A stretch of DNA of 64,000 nt from a virus. The DNA lies in the IMG/VR virus record IMGVR_UViG_3300036670_000256, positions 1 through 64,000 of that record; one strand, given 5' to 3'. Made by a program: the position numbers and the translations under genes. Positions within the stretch are counted from its first letter, which is position 1, and the number at the start of each line of letters is the position of its first letter. The notes under the pieces were generated by a model. That model saw only the letters and a list, made by a program, of their open reading frames with translations. It did not search any database and had not been told where the DNA came from. Positions 38,813-46,971 of the stretch are shown here, in pieces.

Positions 38813-41049
38813 CGGTCTTGCATTCTTTTTTTCTCTTGCAGAAATATGTTATAAATAGTTGGATCAACTCCTAAAAATTTTACTTCTTTTTCAAATTCGC
38901 TTTGTCTTTTTAGAATATCAGTTTTTTTATTTACTTTGACATCAATATATTCCTTGTACTCTTGAGGGTTTAAATCTCTTTCTGGATGAAATACTTGTAT
39001 TGGAGAATAATCATCATCGTAAACGTTATTCCTTAATTTACCATCTGTATCGACGTAATAACTTCCTAAAGTTTTATCGTAATTATACATGCTTATTTCA
39101 GAAGAACCAACTTCAATATCTTCTGTTATTTCGTCAAAAATATCCATTCTGTGTAATAAGCAAATACCTAAAGTCATAGCTATATCCGTATTGCCATCGC
39201 CAAATTTAATTAGATCTAGAATTACATTTTCAAAATTACATTTGAAAATGTTTTCTTTTACTTCTGATTTCAACATTTTAACTAGAACAGGTTTTACTTG
39301 TCCAGTCATTTTTACACCATCTTTGTTTTTGTGATTAGTAGTTCCGGCTTCTTCAATATCTGGTCTACCTTTAATATATTTATAAGCTTTAACATCGTAG
39401 AAGTATCTTAAAATATGAAATTTTGTATACTCAAATAATATTTCTAAATCCCAATAAACAGCAAATTTTACAGCATTTTCATAAAATACATCATCATCAA
39501 AAGAACCATCGCCGCGCTCGTGTAATACTCCTACCGGTTTATTAAATTCTCTAGTTGGTCCTGAAAAACAACGATACGCCATTACGCAACCAGAAGATAC
39601 TTGGTTTGTGTTTTTCTTGTCGTCGTCAACTTCTTCATCGTAACTATCACAACCGCCAATATCGGGTTTGTAAGATAAGTGTAGAACCGATTGATTAATT
39701 GGTGATGCATCTTTCCAAACAGTTCCGTTTTCTTTGTCTTCTACAAATTTTACTTTTACGTTATGTGCAATTCTAATTTTAGTTTTTTCTTTTGTGTTTT
39801 TACATCGTTGAAGTAATCGAATAACTTCTTCCGTATCTACCCATTCTAATCTTCCTTGCAATACTGGTTCGTCAAATTGACCTAAACTAATTTCTTTTAA
39901 TTGAAAGTTAAGTTTTGCTAAGTCTAAAATTCCACCTTTAGTTTTTAAGAAAACCTCAGCCGGTATCATTGGATAAGATTGAATATGTTTGATGTAAGTA
40001 TCTTTAGCTTTAGAGGCTCTTTTTCTTTCTTCTAAAATATATTTTTTGGCAACTTCGCGATCTGTAACTCCCGTTTCATGGTTAAAAAATGAAATTACTT
40101 TTCCTGTTTTTTCGTCAGGAATTCCATCACCAGGATAATAATAATTTGCAGGAATAAATACTGGTTTCAAATTATAAGCTTCATGGTTATCCCACATTTC
40201 TTTGAAACCTTTTGCACCTTTGTCGATTTCTCCACCGGTTCCGTATACCATTGGAACACCAAACTGATTATGTCCATCGCGAAAACATGGTTCTGTTGCT
40301 TTGTAAGATGCTGTTGAATTTTCAAACAATCCCATTTCCTCAAAATACATTTTGGAATAAGAACCTCCTTCAAAAGCGGAACTATCAGCAAACATGGTTT
40401 TGATTCTCAATAAAGATTGAATACCACATTCTTTAGTTTGCTTGTTAATTAAATTTTTATAGCCTTGTTTTAATTCCTTATCGTTTTTTAAAATATTACC
40501 ATTGTAATAAGCTGGATGCACATTTTCAAGTGAGAATTTTAATTTATCATAAAACTCCTGAGCTTTATCTTCTTTACCAGCACATAATCCAATTAAATTA
40601 TGTTGAAAAAATGTCATTTCATAATTTGCATCCAGTACATTTATTTCTGACAAACCTACACGTCGAGGTTTTGTAATAATCATTCCGTAGCCATGATTTT
40701 CAGCGCCTTCCATTTCTAAAAACAACCAATGATCTAAATCTCTATAAAATGGATTTATTGGCCTTTTTCTTTTTCCGCCTTTTGGCATACCAAGTATTTT
40801 GCAGAAGTTTAAATAATAAAAGTGCTTTCCTGTTATTCTAGGCATTCCTTTTGGTTGATATCCTTTGTAGCAATAGTAATCCATTTCATGCCAAAAATCA
40901 TCGTAAGCTAAAGTACCTGGATTAAGTTCCGTAGATAATTTTTTAATTCTTTCGTTGAATAATATTGGTTGATACAATTTAGGATTCCAGCCTGATTTTT
41001 TGCTTAGTCTAAAAATGTCTGGAATTTCTATGTTAGGGAATTGAGCCAT
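38809..41049 (-). CDS. terL: terminase large subunit, 746 aa
   Basis: Walker A KPRRVGLS, Walker B YFEEMG, coupling motif YGTGG, nuclease GGCDSY; ITGKHFYYLNF. Confidence 0.92.
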   Translation of the reverse strand: MAQFPNIEIPDIFRLSKKSGWNPKLYQPILFNERIKKLSTELNPGTLAYDDFWHEMDYYCYKGYQPKGMPRITGKHFYYLNFCKILGMPKGGKRKRPINPFYRDLDHWLFLEMEGAENHGYGMIITKPRRVGLSEINVLDANYEMTFFQHNLIGLCAGKEDKAQEFYDKLKFSLENVHPAYYNGNILKNDKELKQGYKNLINKQTKECGIQSLLRIKTMFADSSAFEGGSYSKMYFEEMGLFENSTASYKATEPCFRDGHNQFGVPMVYGTGGEIDKGAKGFKEMWDNHEAYNLKPVFIPANYYYPGDGIPDEKTGKVISFFNHETGVTDREVAKKYILEERKRASKAKDTYIKHIQSYPMIPAEVFLKTKGGILDLAKLNFQLKEISLGQFDEPVLQGRLEWVDTEEVIRLLQRCKNTKEKTKIRIAHNVKVKFVEDKENGTVWKDASPINQSVLHLSYKPDIGGCDSYDEEVDDDKKNTNQVSSGCVMAYRCFSGPTREFNKPVGVLHERGDGSFDDDVFYENAVKFAVYWDLEILFEYTKFHILRYFYDVKAYKYIKGRPDIEEAGTTNHKNKDGVKMTGQVKPVLVKMLKSEVKENIFKCNFENVILDLIKFGDGNTDIAMTLGICLLHRMDIFDEITEDIEVGSSEISMYNYDKTLGSYYVDTDGKLRNNVYDDDYSPIQVFHPERDLNPQEYKEYIDVKVNKKTDILKRQSEFEKEVKFLGVDPTIYNIFLQEKKRMQDR

Positions 41050-41060
41050 ATATAAATTTA

Positions 41061-41094
41061 AAAAGAGTATTTACAAATTTATAAATACTCTTTT
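41061..41094. promoter_or_regulatory. 13-bp perfect inverted repeat whose loop is a minus-strand -7 box (terminator and/or terL promoter)
   Basis: AAAAGAGTATTTA-caaattta-TAAATACTCTTTT. Confidence 0.6.
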
Positions 41095-41117
41095 GATTTT
41101 TGTTTTACAAGAAAAAA

Positions 41118-41522
41118 TTATTTTTCTGCAGTAATTTCAGCAAATGCTTTTGCGAAACTGTTAACCTTGTTTTTCAAAGAATTGATTTTTTGGTCTGTCA
41201 ATCTTCTCTTTACCATTTCGCTACTTAATTGTTTTTTTAAAAAAGAATTTCCTTCTTTACTTTTAAGAATGAAATCCACTTCTTTTGAAGTCAAATCTTT
41301 GGCTTCTCCCAATGGAGTAGTTTCTTTTAAAGATTGAATTTCTTTGTCTTTTGATAAAGTAATGTCTTTTAAAGATTGAATTTCTTCGTCTTTTTTGTTG
41401 CAAAATTCCAACATAGTAACGATTTGTTCTTTAGTAAGATTTGTACCATCTTCTGCTCTTTCAATAAAATCTGTTTGCGCCAATTTATCTAATAATTCGG
41501 CTTTTGGAAGTTCAATCATCAT
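41118..41522 (-). CDS. hypothetical coiled-coil protein, 134 aa
   Basis: ORF; contains an internal 14-aa duplication. Confidence 0.75.
   Translation of the reverse strand: MMIELPKAELLDKLAQTDFIERAEDGTNLTKEQIVTMLEFCNKKDEEIQSLKDITLSKDKEIQSLKETTPLGEAKDLTSKEVDFILKSKEGNSFLKKQLSSEMVKRRLTDQKINSLKNKVNSFAKAFAEITAEK
41323..41394. repeat. 30-bp direct repeat, period 42 nt (KDEEIQSLK / KDKEIQSLK)
   Basis: tcttttaaagattgaatttcttYgtctttt at 41323 and 41365. Confidence 0.8.
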
Positions 41523-41538
41523 AATGTAATTATTTTAG

Positions 41539-42138
41539 TTAAAAATTGTTTAATCCTAATTTATTAGGGTTTTCTAAGTCTTCTCCGTGGTTAACAAATT
41601 TACTATTTTTTTTGCTTAGTATTTCATTTTCAATTCTTGACAATTCGTAACCACTATTTGTAATCGCTTTTTCAACAATTTTTTTCTTTTCAAATTTACT
41701 ATTGAATTTCTGTATAGCTTCTTCGTGTTTGTTTATTTGATTTGATAATCTAGATATTTCAGTATCGTCTTCAACTTGATTTGCTTCTGATATCTTTTTT
41801 AATAATCTGGTTTTAATTTCTGCATTAATTCGTTCCAGCTGCAGATCATTATTAAATTGCAATTCTAAATATTTTTCTATTGCATTTTGAACTAAAGGTT
41901 CTGTTTCTTTTAAAGCACTTCGCTTTGTGTAAACTTCTTCTACAGCTCTAGCAAACCTATCTGCTCTATCGTAGTAAGCAAATATTGATAAATAATCGCA
42001 ACTCAAAGCTACAACAGTCATTGCATTAATTCCTTTTTTTGAGAAAAGTTCTCGAAATGCTTTTATAGCTTTCCAACCGGAATTAGATGGAGAATCATCA
42101 ATCAAACCAGTTTCTTGATTTATCTGAATTAAATACAT
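41539..42138 (-). CDS. helical protein, terminase small subunit candidate, 199 aa
   Basis: DYLSIFAY..AIEKYLELQ pattern and coiled coil, upstream of terL; assignment mainly by position. Confidence 0.45.
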   Translation of the reverse strand: MYLIQINQETGLIDDSPSNSGWKAIKAFRELFSKKGINAMTVVALSCDYLSIFAYYDRADRFARAVEEVYTKRSALKETEPLVQNAIEKYLELQFNNDLQLERINAEIKTRLLKKISEANQVEDDTEISRLSNQINKHEEAIQKFNSKFEKKKIVEKAITNSGYELSRIENEILSKKNSKFVNHGEDLENPNKLGLNNF

Positions 42139-42139
42139 T

Positions 42140-42490
42140 TTAAAGTCTTTGAGGTTCGTTTAGGTAAGACAATTTTTTAGATTGGTATTCGTCTAAAAGA
42201 TTTTTAAATTGTCTGTACGTAAACCATAAGTTATATTGTTCCGATATAATTTCGTGCTTTTCTTCTTTACCTAAATTTGGGTAAATGTCAGTTAGTAAAT
42301 CGTAAAGGAATCCAACCTTGTAATTTTTTTTATGCTTTTTAGCATCTATTAAAATTTTATTGTAATCGTTTGGAATCTTAAAAACACATAGTCCGTTTTT
42401 TAAATTTTCGTATAAATATTTTTTATGCTCCAAAGAATCTGGCGCACTAGGTAGCTTTATAGTACATTCGAATTTTTCTATTAAAATCAT
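42140..42490 (-). CDS. hypothetical protein (start MILIE at 42490)
   Basis: ATG follows the -7 box at 42508-42515. Confidence 0.65.
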   Translation of the reverse strand: MILIEKFECTIKLPSAPDSLEHKKYLYENLKNGLCVFKIPNDYNKILIDAKKHKKNYKVGFLYDLLTDIYPNLGKEEKHEIISEQYNLWFTYRQFKNLLDEYQSKKLSYLNEPQRL

Positions 42491-42507
42491 TGCTTTGTAA
42501 TTTTTAA

Positions 42508-42530
42508 CAAAGATAGTAGAAAAAATTTCA
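42508..42530 (-). promoter_or_regulatory. -7 box TATCTTTG with operator-like TGAAATTTTTTCT 2 nt upstream
   Basis: Direct sequence match. Confidence 0.6.
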
Positions 42531-42533
42531 ACT

Positions 42534-42560
42534 AAAAAAAGCACCCTTTTGAGGTGCTTT
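42534..42560 (-). terminator. intrinsic terminator
   Basis: AAAGCACC-cttttga-GGTGCTTT, T7 tail on the minus strand. Confidence 0.7.
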
Positions 42561-42624
42561 AATTAGGATAAAATGTAGAAAAAAATTGTAAAGTAAAAAA
42601 TAGTAGTCAGGCAAATATATACTT

Positions 42625-42867
42625 TTATTCTACTTCTTCATAATTTACTGTTGAATTTTTTACTAGATTTTCTGATATCCAACCGCCTTTTGATTTTGAT
42701 TTAAATATTTCGCCAAACTTTGTTTTTGAAACAGGAAAGTAATCATAAGTTTTTTTAGCAAATTCTATTCGCATTACTCCCGTTTTGTTTTCTTCATCAT
42801 ATTCCCAACCAACTTTGTTTACGTTAGATGAATGTACGTTATACATTTTTCCTTTAAATTCACTCAT
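42625..42867 (-). CDS. KTSC domain protein
   Basis: VHSSNVNKVGW..IEF..YDY..V..SKSKG pattern. Confidence 0.8.
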   Translation of the reverse strand: MSEFKGKMYNVHSSNVNKVGWEYDEENKTGVMRIEFAKKTYDYFPVSKTKFGEIFKSKSKGGWISENLVKNSTVNYEEVE

Positions 42868-43973
42868 GATTTTTCTGTTTTAGTTTCTATAAAAATTGGC
42901 ATTGACTTCATCTGTGATAATAATAATTTAATATCTTTTGTTGAAAAATCAAAATTCTTAGGTAATTGATCTATATCTAAAGTTATAACATTACCAACCA
43001 CAATTCCTTTTTTGGTAATCTGCAGCTGTTCTAATTTTAAATTAAATCTAGAGAAGTTTTTATTTCCAGTTCCTCCAAATTCTTTAGCAATTTTTAATAC
43101 ATCTACTTCCGGTTTTGTAGTGTATAAATTTATGGACCAACAACATGTTTTTGAATTGTAGAAATACATAAACACAAGGTCGTGTATGCTTTCAAAAAAG
43201 AAATTTTCGTAAGCTATAAAGTCTAGCTTATTTGAATTAATAGCTATTGCTTTTAAATCATTAAAATCAAATTCTACTGAACTTGATTTTATCAATAAAT
43301 CGTATTGCTTTTTTTGGTATTCTAACACATAACTACCAATACTTTTTATACTCTCAATATCGATGTTTTTTTCCCAATCATCTATATCAACTAATATATT
43401 ATGTATTTGTTCTGGAGTAGATTTACTACTCATAAACCAGTACATAGGCATTACTTCTTTTACCCAATCTTTATCCTTAATTATTTTGGTTTCTTCCGTA
43501 TGTCTTAAGGTAGAATATTGTCCAATACAACTTACAATATCTCTAGCATTTTTGCCAAGCTTCTGAGCGTAAAAATTAATCGCTATCTCACAAGATGATA
43601 GCGTTTCGGAATAATAATAAACCATATTCATTTTGGTAACTTCAAAGCATTTAATATAACTATTCAAGCTTTTTTCTCTCACTTCATATTCATTCAACTC
43701 ACAATATGATATTAAATCTTCAAAGTTTCCTATAAAATTATCTATCCAAATAAATTCTAAAGAACCTAATCCTAAAGTTTTCATTCTTTCCATTGGTAAA
43801 GAGGTTCCTACCATTACTGTCACTTTGCCTTTGTACTTCCTGGTATCTAAATCTTCTTCAAAACATAAAGGTTTTAGTTTTAAAGTATCCCCATATTGTT
43901 TTTGATGCGAATACAATACTGCTGCAGCTGTTATACTGTCTAAAATTTCTAAGTTGTAAATACAAAAATCCAT
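42864..43973 (-). CDS. DHH/DHHA1 phosphoesterase-fold protein with degenerate catalytic motifs, 369 aa
   Basis: DHH scaffold spacing kept, but DxDG reads ILDS, DHH reads DNF and GGGH reads GGTGN. Confidence 0.75.
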   Translation of the reverse strand: MDFCIYNLEILDSITAAAVLYSHQKQYGDTLKLKPLCFEEDLDTRKYKGKVTVMVGTSLPMERMKTLGLGSLEFIWIDNFIGNFEDLISYCELNEYEVREKSLNSYIKCFEVTKMNMVYYYSETLSSCEIAINFYAQKLGKNARDIVSCIGQYSTLRHTEETKIIKDKDWVKEVMPMYWFMSSKSTPEQIHNILVDIDDWEKNIDIESIKSIGSYVLEYQKKQYDLLIKSSSVEFDFNDLKAIAINSNKLDFIAYENFFFESIHDLVFMYFYNSKTCCWSINLYTTKPEVDVLKIAKEFGGTGNKNFSRFNLKLEQLQITKKGIVVGNVITLDIDQLPKNFDFSTKDIKLLLSQMKSMPIFIETKTEKS

Positions 43974-44195
43974 TTATTGCTTTTTATTAGTTTTGGAATC
44001 AATTATTTCTTTTATTATTAAACATTCTAAATATAATTCTTCTTCTTCATAACTAGCAAGTAAAAATTTTAAATTGATAATATCTCCCTTTGATAATTGA
44101 TCTTTAAACGAATCGTATTCTGTAAATGTTTCTGTAAATCTTTCTGCAGATAAAGTTTCTTGAAAAATTAAATCTATTTTTTCTAAAATTGCCAT
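43974..44195 (-). CDS. small acidic protein with UVR-like C-terminal helix (start MAILE at 44195)
   Basis: EEEELYLECLIIKEIID; -7 box upstream. Confidence 0.65.
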   Translation of the reverse strand: MAILEKIDLIFQETLSAERFTETFTEYDSFKDQLSKGDIINLKFLLASYEEEELYLECLIIKEIIDSKTNKKQ

Positions 44196-44210
44196 GTTAA
44201 TTGTTTTTAA

Positions 44211-44247
44211 CAAAAATACATGAAATAACTTCAACTATGCAAATTTA
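44211..44247 (-). promoter_or_regulatory. two -7 boxes (44211-44218, 44240-44247) flanking operator-like TGAAGTTATTTCA (44221-44233)
   Basis: Direct sequence match. Confidence 0.6.
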
Positions 44248-44308
44248 CCAAAAAAAATAGGAACTATTTCTAATTCCTAATTTTCCGAATAATTATTAAC
44301 CAAAATAT

Positions 44309-44599
44309 TTATCTGCATTCAAACCAATCATCCGATAACATGTCTTCCGGATTTGGTATCCAACCTTCAGTAGTTACGCCATTGCAATTACACCGAAAAT
44401 GTGGAGTTCTAGTTATTGTATTAAAATCACCTCTCTGAAATAAGTTTTCATCAATGTAGTCTAGTTTGCTTCCATTCGAAATATCAGTAGAATAATTTCC
44501 CTGAATCAAACTAATGATTTTATTGTGAGCATTTATTCTAGCCACTTCTTTGTTTTGTTTTAATAACTCTAAAGCAACACTAAAATTGAAATTTCTCAT
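44309..44599 (-). CDS. DUF2829 / Tad2-like protein (anti-Thoeris sponge family), 96 aa
   Basis: FSVALELLKQNKEVAR N-terminus and GWIPNPEDMLSDDW C-terminus. Confidence 0.8.
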   Translation of the reverse strand: MRNFNFSVALELLKQNKEVARINAHNKIISLIQGNYSTDISNGSKLDYIDENLFQRGDFNTITRTPHFRCNCNGVTTEGWIPNPEDMLSDDWFECR

Positions 44600-44613
44600 T
44601 TTATTTGTTTTTA

Positions 44614-44655
44614 CAAAGATAAAAAAAAAGCGAGAATATTAATTTCTCGCTTTTA
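44614..44655 (-). terminator. terminator after groES followed directly by a -7 box (44614-44621)
   Basis: AAAAGCGAGAA-tattaat-TTCTCGCTTTT; TATCTTTG on the minus strand. Confidence 0.75.
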
Positions 44656-44658
44656 ATT

Positions 44659-44976
44659 TTAAACTTCTTCTTCTCGTACTAATTCCAAAATTTCATCTTC
44701 TCGTAAAGAACATAAAGCTTCGGTTAGTCCTTCATTATTAAAATTTTGAGAACCAAACACCGTTCCCGCGTGAGGTATGTGAGAAATTAAATCTCCTATT
44801 TTTACCCAATCAATACTTGTTCCTACCGCCAAAACTGTACCTCTTGATAACAATTTCTTCTCGTCTTTCTTTTCGATAATTCCAGATTTGTTTTCTTCAT
44901 ACAAACCCGAATCTTTTTCAACGTAAACTCTCAAAATAATTTTATTTGGCGCGCATCCTACTGTCTTCTTTTTCAT
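44659..44976 (-). CDS. groES: co-chaperonin GroES-like protein
   Basis: NKIILRV..KSGII..GTVLAVG..VKIGD..LREDEIL pattern. Confidence 0.85.
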   Translation of the reverse strand: MKKKTVGCAPNKIILRVYVEKDSGLYEENKSGIIEKKDEKKLLSRGTVLAVGTSIDWVKIGDLISHIPHAGTVFGSQNFNNEGLTEALCSLREDEILELVREEEV

Positions 44977-44992
44977 AATCTAATATTAAATG

Positions 44993-45217
44993 TTATACAA
45001 ATAAACTCTTAACTGCATACATGCAGCTTGTTTCTAATTGGGTTTGTGCTAATGATATTTCTCTACCATTTTGACCGTTGTTCATAGTTTCTAATTTGTC
45101 AAACAAATTAGCATAGTCTTGTTTCAATTCTTCAATCTCTGGCTTTGCAGATGGATTGAAATTTCTTTGAACTCTTAATTCTCCTTTCGATACTGGTCTT
45201 TCGATTTTTCCACTCAT
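44993..45217 (-). CDS. Acb2/Tad1-like helical hairpin protein (cyclic-nucleotide sponge family), 74 aa
   Basis: GELRV..FNPS..IEELK..A.L.D..REISLAQTQLETSCMYAVKS pattern. Confidence 0.7.
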   Translation of the reverse strand: MSGKIERPVSKGELRVQRNFNPSAKPEIEELKQDYANLFDKLETMNNGQNGREISLAQTQLETSCMYAVKSLFV

Positions 45218-45220
45218 AAT

Positions 45221-46081
45221 TTATAGTTTATTTAAAAATTTATACAATTCTAAATTCCATTTTGCATCCGATAACGCATGATGCTCGTTTGATTTTTTTG
45301 GAAATAAAATATTATTTTTCTTTATTGATTCTACCGTTACTTTTGGCATCCCTTCCTTAAGATTTGTAGAATCATTTATCTTCATAATTTTCTGATCTAA
45401 CATCTGCTTTAAATCTTTACAATACATCGGAAAACCATTTGGCAAATTTATCATTTTTCCAAACAACCAACAAAACACTACCCAATCATAATCACCAAAA
45501 TATGCGTAGAAATCTATCTCTCCCTTGAAATTAGCAATTATCTTTCTAGTGGTTTCTATCTGATGCTTATTCTCATCATAACCCACAATTGCAAATTCAT
45601 AAACAAATTCCTTTACCAATTCTGAAATCTGCTTGTTGGTCTTTCCATACCGTTCAATAAACGAACTCAAACTATGAATCGTAAATAAATCATCATGCAA
45701 TCCAGAATCTAATTCTTTCTTGAATTCCTCAGCCTCTCTATTACTCAACATAATCGTATCGCAATCTGAAAATAAAAATAACTGCTTCCAAATTGGATAT
45801 AATACATTATCGCGAATCCAATAAATCTTTAATGGAGGACAACCAGCTCGAATTTTCTCAGGACTTAATTCCTCTAAATCAAATCTATTCCAAGCTTCTT
45901 TTAAATTGAAATCTTTTGATACCTCATAAAACTCTCGGCCATCCTCAGAAACAATACCAATCGATATTAAATCAATTGTAGCCTTTGGTTTACCAATAAT
46001 CCAATTGCCTAAACGACCTTTCAATATTAAACTACGCTCCGGAACTCCTTCTAAAAATTCCGTGTCTAAAAAATATTTCAT
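45221..46081 (-). CDS. DEDDh 3'-5' exonuclease (Rv2179c/DUF5051-like), 286 aa
   Basis: YFLDTEF, LISIGIV, DYDW, HHALSDAKW motifs. Confidence 0.85.
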   Translation of the reverse strand: MKYFLDTEFLEGVPERSLILKGRLGNWIIGKPKATIDLISIGIVSEDGREFYEVSKDFNLKEAWNRFDLEELSPEKIRAGCPPLKIYWIRDNVLYPIWKQLFLFSDCDTIMLSNREAEEFKKELDSGLHDDLFTIHSLSSFIERYGKTNKQISELVKEFVYEFAIVGYDENKHQIETTRKIIANFKGEIDFYAYFGDYDWVVFCWLFGKMINLPNGFPMYCKDLKQMLDQKIMKINDSTNLKEGMPKVTVESIKKNNILFPKKSNEHHALSDAKWNLELYKFLNKL

Positions 46082-46082
46082 A

Positions 46083-46436
46083 TTATTCCTCTTTTTTAAT
46101 TCCTATTGGAAAATCATTAAACGCATTCTTACCATAATTATCCCCACCAGTTCCAAATATTATCGGAATATTTTTAATTCCTAAATCCCTTTTAGGAAAA
46201 GCAGCTTCCCAAGCTTTCTTAAAATCATCACGATTTAATTCCATCGGAATTTTTAACAAAGGATTTAAACCACTAAACGAACTACCATTAACCCTTTTTT
46301 CCATATCTCTATTCATTTTTTCCGTTAACGCATCTTCATCCGTATGCTTAAACCATAAGCTTTTAAGATCGCTAAATCCCTTAACGTTTTTAAAACAATC
46401 AGAGTCTTCACCACAAGCACTAAATAAATTATCCAT
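46083..46436 (-). CDS. small protein with a TerL motif III-like C-terminal segment, 117 aa
   Basis: IPIIFGTGGD versus TerL VPMVYGTGGE; -7 box 4 nt upstream of the ATG. Confidence 0.7.
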   Translation of the reverse strand: MDNLFSACGEDSDCFKNVKGFSDLKSLWFKHTDEDALTEKMNRDMEKRVNGSSFSGLNPLLKIPMELNRDDFKKAWEAAFPKRDLGIKNIPIIFGTGGDNYGKNAFNDFPIGIKKEE

Positions 46437-46440
46437 GATA

Positions 46441-46463
46441 CAAATATAGATGAAGTTATTTCA
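46441..46463 (-). promoter_or_regulatory. -7 box TATATTTG (46441-46448) and palindromic operator TGAAATAACTTCA (46451-46463)
   Basis: ATGAA-N5-TTCAT palindrome; first promoter of the minus-strand block. Confidence 0.65.
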
Positions 46464-46560
46464 TGTACCAATTTTTGAACAAAAAAAATTCTCACACGAA
46501 GTTATTGCAACAACCAAAAAAAAATAAAAAAAATATTTGCGCGGGTGTATCCACTAAACA

Positions 46561-46594
46561 ACCCCGTCTCGGAAATGAATTTCCCCGACGGGGT
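46561..46594. other. GC-rich hairpin at the strand-switch point
   Basis: ACCCCGTC-tc-GGAAA-tgaa-TTTCC-cc-GACGGGGT. Confidence 0.8.
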
Positions 46595-46670
46595 ACTAGT
46601 GCGATAAACCACAAAAAGAGAGTCCGAATGACTCAACAACATATTTATTAATCCATTAAAACAAATCAAA

Positions 46671-46919
46671 ATGGAAAATTCTAAAGCGTTAAACGCAACC
46701 AAAAGAGTAGCAGTATCAGTATTAGCAACAGCACATTACATGGCTACACAATTCGCAGACAGCTGTATAACAGCGGAACACAAAATAGTAGGCGGCGACC
46801 TAAAAGAAGTATCAGATGCTAGACAACTAGCAACCTTCCAACGTCAATCCGACTTCGCACAAAAGATCAAGGCTATCAAAGATAGATCTCAAAACAACTT
46901 AACACCTAAAACAGTATAA
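46671..46919 (+). CDS. small early protein, 82 aa (paralogue of 47514..47882)
   Basis: ORF; shared H-x7-D-x4-AE-x2-I and R-x3-T-x3-Q motifs. Confidence 0.75.
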   Translation: MENSKALNATKRVAVSVLATAHYMATQFADSCITAEHKIVGGDLKEVSDARQLATFQRQSDFAQKIKAIKDRSQNNLTPKTV

Positions 46920-46971
46920 TAACGAAACAGAAAACAATTAAAAATGTCCAAGTAATGCTTGGCTAAAACTC

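Noticed and set aside
1689-43990. Many short plus-strand ORFs in the track (e.g. 1689..1892, 13389..13658, 24638..24958, 35589..35804)
   Set aside because: Antisense shadows inside long minus-strand genes with no motifs
1149-46436. Stop-codon reassignment (TAG/TGA), known in some crAss-like phages
   Set aside because: All long genes, including the 11.6-kb vRNAP gene, are intact in the standard code, and TAG/TGA end some genes
46463-46702. ORFs 46463..46651 (+) and 46502..46702 (-)
   Set aside because: They run through the operator/hairpin control region and translate to low-information sequence
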